A stretch of 64,000 nt of DNA from Albugo candida (lineage: Eukaryota), in contig JBDOQK010000041.1 of assembly GCA_040437565.1 (NCBI GenBank), positions 62,001 through 126,000 of the forward strand, given 5' to 3'. A program made the translations under genes and the position numbers. Positions 26,701-36,257 of this stretch are shown in pieces (the stretch's first letter is position 1; each line of letters opens with the position of its first letter). The notes below the pieces were generated by a model. It worked only from the letters and a program-made list of their open reading frames with translations. It did no database searches and was not told where the DNA came from.

Positions 26701-28606
26701 AACTCTTTGTCATGAACTGGGTAGTTCCTCTCTGCAGCCTTGACCTAGCGTGATTCATACGCGACAACACGCTCATGACCATCGGTATCTACTTGGAGTA
26801 GAGCACAACCGATGGAAAAGTCAGATGCATCACAGACAACACTGAATGGCCGCTCAGGGTCTGGAAACGCCAACAGTGGGGCCTGAAGGAGACTCTCCTT
26901 AACTGCTTCAAAAGCAGCGTTCTGTGTGCTAGTGCAGCACCATTCCACATCCTTTTTAAGGAGATCAGACAACTGCCAAGCCATATCAGCGTAATTCTCG
27001 CTGTAATTATGCAAGTAGTTGGCGAGCCCAAACCACTTCCGCAAATCCTTTTGGTTCTTAGGAACCGGCCAATCGACTACGGCTTTCACCTTCCCGGGGT
27101 CCGCTTTAAGGCCTCGCTTCCCGATGAAGCACCCTAAGAAGAGAATCTCTTCCGCACCAAAGATGCATTTCGAGGCGTTGGCATACAACTTGTTCGTGCG
27201 CATGCACCCGAGCACAGCTCGTAAATGGCCCACATCAGACTGACCGTTCATGGCACGACTATGGAAAAAGATGTCATCAAATATGTTTGTGCGTAACCTC
27301 GATGAGGTCTGAACAGCTGCGTCACCAGACGATTGAACGTAGCCTGAGCATTGGATAGCCTTTGAGGCATCACAAGCCACTCCCATAGCATACCACTTGG
27401 AGTACTAACTGCGGTGAGTGGTATATCAACAGCTCGCATGAGCAATTGGTAATAACTATCGACTAAGTCAAGTGCACTGAACATGGTACAACCTACCATA
27501 GCGTTCTGAAGCACATCCTTACTATGAATTGGCGTCTAAGCCGGAATGGTGGCTGCATTCAGCTTATTATAAGCTCGGATAATACGCCACTTTCCATTGG
27601 GCTTTCTGACACAAAGTGTTGGCGTGAAATTAGGAGATTTACTCTCACGCACCATTCCAGCCGCGTGCTTTGCACGAAAGAACTCGTCAATGAAGTCACA
27701 CTGTTCCTTGGGTAAAAGACACTGCCGTGTAACGCAGTATTTAGTTCCCGGAACCAAGTCAATTGCATGACGAGCACCTCTATCAGGAGGTAAGACGGAC
27801 GGAGGATTCTGACATACCACGTCTTAAAATTTCTTATCCAAAGGATAGTACGGATCCATAGGATATTTCAGGATCGCTTATCCACTACGGGCAGTAAGTG
27901 CTAACTTCGTGAACTCAAGAACGGATTCGCCCATTAGAGAGGATGAGTTCAAGTCAACATCGGGTCGAATGACCACTACTTCGGATAATTCACCAGCCTT
28001 TAAGGCATTTCCGAACTCAAAATGCTACATTTCATCTAGCTCTAACAGTGCGTTCAACGATGGGAGAGCCATAAGGCCGACTTGACCATCAACTGGGCCA
28101 GTCGCTCCATTCACAATTGTGAAAAGCTGTTCGCTGGCATCACTATGTGACATAACAGTCGCTTTGCGTCTCGCAACCGCCATCTGGCGCCGTTGCCGTC
28201 TCTCTTTGGAGACCATACACCTCATCGAGGTTGAAAAATCCTTGTTCCCAGGGGCAGTTTGTTTTGCAACCTTACTTTGCTCTATACGAGAGCCGATGTC
28301 CCGACCGACATCCATGAAGAGTCAGATAACTCAAGCTCATCATCCAGTGAACGTTTACGTGTCACTCCACGTGCATCAACCGGGCATAACCCTAGATGCC
28401 TTGGCTTCTCGCCAACAATGTCATTACCGACATCCAGTGTGGTGCCATCTCGGCCGACCTCACTCTGTGTAATTTTACGTGCCACTCCGCGCACATCCAT
28501 AGAGCTCAGCTCGAGATGTCTTGGAACTAGGTTCGCAATGCTATCAGCATTCAGTGACTCATTATCGCAATTATCTTCACTCAACGGAGTACGTGCCGTA
28601 TCGCTA
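23750..28606 (-). mobile_element. Decayed Ty3/Gypsy LTR retrotransposon with chromodomain; truncated at the gap
   Basis: RT (KPNGKWR, FSALDLVDSYYQ, WLVMPQRLSNA, frameshifted YFDD), RNase H (CDASDFSIG), integrase (HDTALSGH...CEMC, MDFMFGLP, DRDPRF), GPY/F-like PRFIRPF, and chromodomain FHVERILKRRRRNGQNQCLVKWRGYP. LTR not resolved. Confidence 0.93.
24071..25148 (+). pseudogene. Antisense accessory ORF of the Gypsy element, disrupted
   Basis: Joined frames read MADEST...VPIVLYPGESEFDNEEA(FEHW)VQR...VRLERKVRYDFAKLKAK, with a C-terminal coiled coil IEELKHEVQRLRERVVRLE*VENRERALEQGQSRLEGQLDILL. Confidence 0.55.
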
Positions 28607-28706
28607 NNNNNNNNNNNNNNNNNNNNNNNNNNNNNNNNNNNNNNNNNNNNNNNNNNNNNNNNNNNNNNNNNNNNNNNNNNNNNNNNNNNNNNNNNNNNNN
28701 NNNNNN

Positions 28707-28922
28707 AAACCATATTTATTCAACGTTTGGTATATAATCCATATTTTTTTAACTCTTGGTATAAAATCCACATTGTTTTAACGTTTGGTATAAAAACCAT
28801 ATTTTTTGAAGTTTTGTTAAATAATCTATATTTTAACTTTTGATATAAATACCATATTTCTGAAACTTTTGGTATATAAGCCATATTTTTTGAAAAAAGT
28901 GGTATAAAATCCCCATATTCTC
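28707..28922. repeat. AT-rich array of about seven 26-30 bp units; probable MULE/foldback-type terminal inverted repeat
   Basis: Units resemble AATCCATATTTTTTAACTTTTGGTATA. The array ends in CCCCATATTCTC, whose reverse complement GAGAATATGGGG is a Mutator-like terminus. Confidence 0.6.
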
Positions 28923-30127
28923 TTAGAAGAGTACCTTACGCTAAACGTACCTAACCTAGGTAACATTGTCCGGTGGCTGACACGCGTCAGCTCCTAAAGC
29001 GAATAACCCTAAGCGTCTCAAATGTGTACCACACTGCATGACGGTTACTAACCGACGTATAAACCCGTTACACGCATTATACTAATCAATAGAATTCGAG
29101 ATTCATCAAGTCAACGACGACTTCGGTGAATATCATCATGAGAAATATCGATTATGATCGTGTTGAATTGCTTCACTCTTCTATAAATCACCACATGTAT
29201 CTCCTAATGTCACGGTCGTCATGGTGAAAATGAGTAGAGTCAGGCCACATTTCCACCCAATGAAGGTTTTTGTAGGCATTATATCTAGCGTGGATGGTGG
29301 CCTAGGATGCTCGACACATTGCCAATATTAGTGTGTCTAGTCCATTCTGAAAGCTTGCAAGAAGGCACGGTAAATAAAACGGAATGCAAGCATTTGAGCG
29401 CTATGGTCAAAAACGGCAAAGAAAGATGTCTATCTTTCCAGGGGATGTTCTTGCAGAAAAATATGTCGGTATCGGATTTTTGCAGCAACATCTCACTNNN
29501 NNNNNNNNNNNNNNNNNNNNNNNNNNNNNNNNNNNNNNNNNNNNNNNNNNNNNNNNNNNNNNNNNNNNNNNNNNNNNNNNNNNNNNNNNNNNNNNNNATC
29601 TTTCCAGGGGATGTTCTTGCAGAAAAATATGTCGGTATCGGATTTTTGCAGCAACATCTCACTTGGGTATTGCTGTGATTACTTTGTTGGATAATGGAAA
29701 AGTAAGGTGCTTATTTTTCGATTGGTCTCATTGGCTTTAGATATTGATGGATACAAGCCTGAATCGGCTTTCACTTGGATTTAAGGGACCAACATTCGTA
29801 TTGAATAAAGAAAACAGAGTGTAATAAGGCTCTCTATGAGATTGACTCCATCTCAGCTTTTGCTAATGACCCCAGCAACGTTCCTTGCATTATTGTAGGC
29901 ACTTGCTAAGAAAGAATGTGCAGGTGAAGAACGATCAATCAGATATCATAAGCAGCAGAGCCCCGCAGATAGGAGAAGTGATTTTGCTCTCAATCAGAAT
30001 CGCCTAAAACAAATTGTCTCATTATCCTTTATCTAATGACCTGGGTAGTATCAAGAACCTTCCCATTTTTCCTTTTAGACGAGATTGAGAGGTCGAAGTC
30101 TGACGTAACATTGTATCATAGGCTTCT

Positions 30128-30271
30128 TCATTTTCGTTGACAGCTTTCTTTTTGCCAGTATCTTCTTTGCTTGTTGGTCATATCCGCAGCGGGTGATTCT
30201 TTGTTAGGATCGGGGTGTCCGATGGTGCCGACATTGACGTTGTGTTTGACGCGCTCGAACTTTGGCTTCAT
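30128..30271 (-). CDS. 47-aa micro-ORF resembling the EF-Tu N-terminus (elf18-like), P-loop degenerate
   Basis: [32 protein letters not shown]... aligns without gaps to (M)[32 protein letters not shown]. Start context is ACAACATG. Confidence 0.6.
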   Translation of the reverse strand: [47 protein letters not shown]

Positions 30272-30287
30272 GTTGTAAGAAAACAGT

Positions 30288-30303
30288 AAATTGAAAAATG
30301 CTC
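30288..30303 (-). promoter_or_regulatory. Oomycete Inr+FPR-like core promoter of the micro-ORF
   Basis: GAGCATTTTTCAATTT fits the CATTYB-NNN-WTTY core and places the start about 28 nt upstream of the ATG. Confidence 0.5.
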
Positions 30304-31595
30304 CATTGCACAGCAATCATACGCCCTGTAGAGTAATTCATCAATAAATACTCCTCTGCAAAGTGGACCCATTTGAGAAAAATGCTGCTGGTTAGGCACA
30401 TGGTTCAACATGTACCCATTTGAGTAAAAAGCTGCGATTGGGTCACATGATTGGTTGATATTCTATGAAGCACTTTTCCATGTAAAAAAGCATTTAGAAC
30501 GCTTCCAAACCCTTGTCAGAGTGGATGATTTCTACGTCTTCCAAGGCTACTGTTCTTCGGAGAAGATTGTGACATCGCTGCAAATAATATTCTACTTGAT
30601 ACAATGAAGAATAAACTTGCAGCCTGTTTATAATTGATCAGCTTGTGCGTACTCCGTAGATAAGAATTCAGGAATGCTTCTAGTGGAGATGATATATTCG
30701 ACCCACTTGTCCATCCACGTCCTTGTTCTCTGCGCATATATGGTGTCGATTCTACAGATATTGTTACGCATAGCGTGTATGTTTCCTGGTCAAAAGCTGA
30801 GAAGTCGAGGCCATAGCAATTTTGAGCACCAAGTCTCAAGGATCGTACGATCCACACAGCTGCTTGTACATCGAATGGAACTTTTCTGGAGGTGCTCATT
30901 TGTCGCCACGCAATGGTGTGGAAGCGTGCGACATTTGGTATTATGGCAGAGTTTGCAGAGAGCGCGGATAGTGTATTGACATAACTATGGAGATGGTGCG
31001 TGGCTCGTCGAAGCAACCAGCAGTGTTGAAGTGTTGCCAACAGACGGGAAGTCTGCGAGCATACTGAAGACTGCCGCGATTCCGACACAGCAAGCATGTT
31101 TATCTTGCGAGAGAAGTCTCTTGAGCCCCAGTTAGTCGACCTCCCGATCTAGTCCGACAAGCTCTACAGTCAAGACATGGGTCAAAAGTGTGAGCGATGC
31201 GATAAAGTTCCGACAGAAGCAGGATTGTGTTTTGTTTGCGGACAATATCTTTGCTGCGGTGATTCGTGCTGTGAGACCCCGTGCATGCTTGATGGTCCTC
31301 CTNNNNNNNNNNNNNNNNNNNNNNNNNNNNNNNNNNNNNNNNNNNNNNNNNNNNNNNNNNNNNNNNNNNNNNNNNNNNNNNNNNNNNNNNNNNNNNNNNN
31401 NNGCCCTGTAGAGTAATTCATCAATAAATACTCCTCTGCAAAGTGGACCCATTTGAGAAAAATGCTGCTGGTTAGGCACATGGTTCAACATGTACCCATT
31501 TGAGTAAAAAGCTGCGATTGGGTCACATGATTGGTTGATATTCTATGAAGCACTTTTCCATGTAAAAAAGCATTTAGAACGCTTCCAAACCCTTG

Positions 31596-32694
31596 TCAGA
31601 GTGGATGATTTCTACGTCTTCCAAGGCTACTGTTCTTCGGAGAAGATTGTGACATCGCTGCAAATAATATTCTACTTGATACAATGAAGAATAAACTTGC
31701 AGCCTGTTTATAATTGATCAGCTTGTGCGTACTCCGTAGATAAGAATTCAGGAATGCTTCTAGTGGAGATGATATATTCGACCCACTTGTCCATCCACGT
31801 CCTTGTTCTCTGCGCATATATGGTGTCGATTCTACAGATATTGTTACGCATAGCGTGTATGTTTCCTGGTCAAAAGCTGAGAAGTCGAGGCCATAGCAAT
31901 TTTGAGCACCAAGTCTCAAGGATCGTACGATCCACACAGCTGCTTGTACATCGAATGGAACTTTTCTGGAGGTGCTCATTTGTCGCCACGCAATGGTGTG
32001 GAAGCGTGCGACATTTGGTATTATGGCAGAGTTTGCAGAGAGCGCGGATAGTGTATTGACATAACTATGGAGATGGTGCGTGGCTCGTCGAAGCAACCAG
32101 CAGTGTTGAAGTGTTGCCAACAGACGGGAAGTCTGCGAGCATACTGAAGACTGCCGCGATTCCGACACAGCAAGCATGTTTATCTTGCGAGAGAAGTCTC
32201 TTGAGCCCCAGTTAGTCGACCTCCCGATCTAGTCCGACAAGCTCTACAGTCAAGACATGGGTCAAAAGTGTGAGCGATGCGATAAAGTTCCGACAGAAGC
32301 AGGATTGTGTTTTGTTTGCGGACAATATCTTTGCTGCGGTGATTCGTGCTGTGAGACCCCGTGCATGCTTGATGGTCCTCCTGTTGGCGAATGTACAAGA
32401 CATGCAGCTGAATGTGGAGACGGTGTTGAAATCGTGCTTTTACTGGACTTATGTCGTGTTGTTATTATACCAGGAAGTATGGCAGCGTACTTTTCAAGCC
32501 CTTATGTCGATGCACATAATGTAGAAGATATAGGCCTACAGTGTGATCGTCCATTACGTCTTGATGTGGCGAGGTACCAGCATTTGAAAAGCTTAAGAAT
32601 CAATCATCGTATCTTTCTGAAGTGTCCCGTCAACGATACTTGTTTGATCTCCCGTATGCGATCAATCTCTCGTATTTGTAAGATTTTGATATAA
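31596..32694 (+). pseudogene. C-terminal fragment of a UBR1/PRT6-type N-end-rule E3 ligase; most of it is also duplicated at 30516-31302
   Basis: CERCDKVPTEAGLCFVCGQYLC...GECTRHAAECG...SPYVDAHNVEDIGL..RPLRLD. In-frame stop in LVDLPI*SDKLY; no N-terminal domains seen. Confidence 0.75.
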
Positions 32695-32785
32695 CAAAAA
32701 TGAAATTCGTCAGACATTTTGTGTGACGAATTGCGATTGTCGCCTTTGTAAGATGCTACTGACAGCACAAAAGCAAGAAAAGCTT

Positions 32786-33517
32786 TCACTCTGTTACGAT
32801 ATGATTGTTCCCTTTACAAGTGGCCAGAAGCGACAAGTAAGAGGGCAATTGGTTGTCGTTGTACTGTTCTTCCTGAAAATAAACGCGCAATAAACGACAA
32901 AAACCGCGAACTCGGATATGCGTGGTAGCGATATGCTCAGTGCCAAATGCTTGCATCGATAATTCTTTAAGATCCATGCACAAATATCGCCATCCTGTCT
33001 TGAAGCCAAATAAAAAAGGAATTTGGCATTTACTTTGATCCGCATCTACTTTGGCCAGGCTGCGAGCATTTGTTACGTTCATAACTTTGTATTCCCGTCC
33101 AGACACGAGTATGGTGACGTCAATTTCAACATACTGCTTCAAATTTTTTATAAAAAGAACGAGATAACGTAAAACGGAATTAACAGAGAATACTAAACCT
33201 TCTTTGTGGCCTTGTATCTGAACAACTTGTACGTTCACATCTTCGTCTTCCAGAATTGAGATTTGATTTTCGTTGCGCAGCAGCTCGTCTCGAAGCTGCC
33301 TCTTCCTGATATCGGGGTGTTGTTGTGGCGGAAGAATAAAATACTTTGTATCAGCGGCTTCTGAGCTTTTCGGGTGTTGTTCCTGGAAGACTCGTATGCC
33401 AGGAAGAACGCTCTCAACAACAACGCCGCTCGATTCGAAGACTACTTCATCAATTCGAAGTGTCGAAATTTTCCCAACCACTGCATGTTCCTCACCTGCC
33501 AAAGTGTCGTGTGGCAT
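32786..33517 (-). CDS. CFAP20/BUG22 (DUF667) domain protein, divergent paralog; 5' half duplicated at 33906-34190
   Basis: YLVLFIKNLKQYVEIDVTI, GWRYLCMDLKELSMQAFGTEH, CRLLRVYFQEEQYNDNQLP. Confidence 0.75.
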   Translation of the reverse strand: MPHDTLAGEEHAVVGKISTLRIDEVVFESSGVVVESVLPGIRVFQEQHPKSSEAADTKYFILPPQQHPDIRKRQLRDELLRNENQISILEDEDVNVQVVQIQGHKEGLVFSVNSVLRYLVLFIKNLKQYVEIDVTILVSGREYKVMNVTNARSLAKVDADQSKCQIPFLFGFKTGWRYLCMDLKELSMQAFGTEHIATTHIRVRGFCRLLRVYFQEEQYNDNQLPSYLSLLATCKGNNHIVTE

Positions 33518-35837
33518 GAGACGACACCTGTATCAACCGATCGACTGAAGTGATGAAGCTATTGAAAACTATTTATAGTTTTCACTGTATTCTTCTAAGA
33601 AAAGTTCTGGAAATTAGAGGCGACTTGTGAATATATGTGCCTGCGCGACTGACGAGATCGGATCAATACAGTTGAAAGACCTCTCGGCCATATTTCAGTC
33701 CGCTCCTCGAGACTCATTGCTTCAATATCGGCTTTCGAACGCCATCGAGCGACATGAATCTCCAAGTTCCAGAGGCCATGTCATTGTCACGATTCTGTGT
33801 TCATGNNNNNNNNNNNNNNNNNNNNNNNNNNNNNNNNNNNNNNNNNNNNNNNNNNNNNNNNNNNNNNNNNNNNNNNNNNNNNNNNNNNNNNNNNNNNNNN
33901 NNNNNGTTCACATCTTCGTCTTCCAGAATTGAGATTTGATTTTCGTTGCGCAGCAGCTCGTCTCGAAGCTGCCTCTTCCTGATATCGGGGTGTTGTTGTG
34001 GCGGAAGAATAAAATACTTTGTATCAGCGGCTTCTGAGCTTTTCGGGTGTTGTTCCTGGAAGACTCGTATGCCAGGAAGAACGCTCTCAACAACAACGCC
34101 GCTCGATTCGAAGACTACTTCATCAATTCGAAGTGTCGAAATTTTCCCAACCACTGCATGTTCCTCACCTGCCAAAGTGTCGTGTGGCATGAGACGACAC
34201 CTGTATCAACCGATCGACTGAAGTGATGAAGCTATTGAAAACTATTTATAGTTTTCACTGTATTCTTCTAAGAAAAGTTCTGGAAATTAGAGGCGACTTG
34301 TGAATATATGTGCCTGCGCGACTGACGAGATCGGATCAATACAGTTGAAAGACCTCTCGGCCATATTTCAGTCCGCTCCTCGAGACTCATTGCTTCAATA
34401 TCGGCTTTCGAACGCCATCGAGCGACATGAATCTCCAAGTTCCAGAGGCCATGTCATTGTCACGATTCTGTGTTCATGGTTCTGACATGTGCGACGACGT
34501 CTTTTGCTCATATGATCTGGAAGGTTGTTCAAGTAGTGTATAGCTGGTAGCCTATCTATACAATTAGCTCGCCATTCGGTCCCCATAAGATGCCAAAGAT
34601 GTAGCCCGTCGCTTAATATATCACTTCGATGTTCATCGCCGATCCTGAGTGCAAGCCATGATATTGAACAATGTGGCACGATCAGTGCTTTTTGTGATAT
34701 CCATTCTGTATGCACGTTGCTGTGCATGCTTGAGATGAAACTGTAAGATAATTGTAGCAAAGCGCATCGAGAACTCTGACGAGAACAGAGCATTGAAAGC
34801 TGGAAGCCTATTTTGATATAGCGCCTCGAAATCTCGCAAAAAGCACTTCGTGCTGTTAATAATGTGGAGTAAGGCATTGAACATACTTACGCGCTGTTTA
34901 CAGATATTATGTCTAGCTTGGTCCCAATGATTGGTAGAATTAAAATTGCCCGAGGGTTTCACTATCGATTGCCACAATCAACGAAGCACAGATGCCGTGT
35001 AATACTGTACTTGAGTGAGTACAATATGACAAAGCGGACTATATTTCCTCTCAAAAAACACGTTCTTTGAACAAATTCAAGTACGACATCGGGTCTGGGA
35101 AGCCGTGCTGAAATGAATACGCTATAGAGATGGTCGTAATGTGGTGGATAAGGATTAGTAGTGAATATTGCACGTTCAAACGAATGCAGTATCCGAACGC
35201 TGCACCGAGACAGCGGCGGGGCTAAGCATATATTAAGTCGTCGCATATTGTTGAAGGAAAGCGCTTACGTTCCAAGCAGGATGAGAATAAAATTGCTCGA
35301 TCATGCCTAAGTGTCTTGCTAAGTTTCAAAGTCAGTCGGCCACTTCGCGAGCAAACATTTTTGTTGAATAAAGCTCAGCTTTTCTAAATCAGATTCATGG
35401 TGTTTAAGACAGCGATGATCATGCCAGATTTAGACCGTTTGATGTTCCGCAAAGTAAGATCAAAGGAGATTTGCAGTCACGTGTTGATCCCCGTCGACGA
35501 GTAACGTGGTAGAAGAATGGCACAATTTGAATTCAAAGAAGTAATGCTCATTGTATCATCCGTACTTGCAAGTTATGTTTTTTTTCCAGCGATGGTGGAA
35601 TCAACAGATCACAACTGGGCATTTTGGTTGACTCATAGCCGAGTACTGACAGAGTTTGGTGCTCTTGAGTGACTAAATATGTGGGCCAATTTTGCTCCCA
35701 CTGCTTGAGAAGTTCTGCACTTTCAACTCCTAGTGTATTCAAGTCTGGCGCATTCAAAACCGGATCAAGCTTTCATTATCATTTTCAATAAGATTCTACT
35801 GGCCTGTTCTATCTGATTATTGTTCCTTGCTTACGTT

Positions 35838-36257
35838 TTAATCCTGTACATGTGACTTCTTCAATCTGCTGAACAGGTCCTCAATTCGTTTGATAACAGT
35901 GTATAAGAGTGTTTTTATTTGGTGGGAAGACGATTGCTTTTTTTTGATTGCGTCCTGTGATGATAAAAATAGCAATTGTTTTTCCTTCCAGGCGGCATCT
36001 TTTTTATAATCTATGATCAGCCTCTCTAACTCTTCTTGAAATTTCTTGATGTCATCACAACGTTCAGCCAATAACTTCATCTTCTCTGAACATTCTTGAA
36101 GCTTCTTGAGGTGTTCATCATCTCCAGCCGGTGCAATTTGATGGACCGTATTAGGTACAGATCGTTTCTCTTCTTCCATACCCACTGCTTCGCGCTGATG
36201 ATTCGATCCAAATAATACGAACGCGATGATTGCCAAGCTTATTGAGAAACAGATCAT
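35838..36257 (-). CDS. Small secreted or signal-anchored coiled-coil protein, effector candidate
   Basis: Hydrophobic N-terminus ICFSISLAIIAFVLFG, then charged heptads. Intronless, in the repeat-rich block, with Inr-like GCCATTCACTATTCC about 50-60 nt upstream. Confidence 0.55.
   Translation of the reverse strand: MICFSISLAIIAFVLFGSNHQREAVGMEEEKRSVPNTVHQIAPAGDDEHLKKLQECSEKMKLLAERCDDIKKFQEELERLIIDYKKDAAWKEKQLLFLSSQDAIKKKQSSSHQIKTLLYTVIKRIEDLFSRLKKSHVQD

Noticed and set aside
28707-28922. CRISPR-like array
   Set aside because: No unique spacers, degenerate units, eukaryotic context and no cas genes.
30323-31302. Tandem duplicate of the UBR fragment and of the 193-aa minus-strand ORF
   Set aside because: Gap-flanking duplicate; the 193-aa ORF is the antisense shadow of the UBR fragment.
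33906-34190. Second CFAP20-like gene
   Set aside because: Identical overlap across a 100-N gap; assembly artefact.
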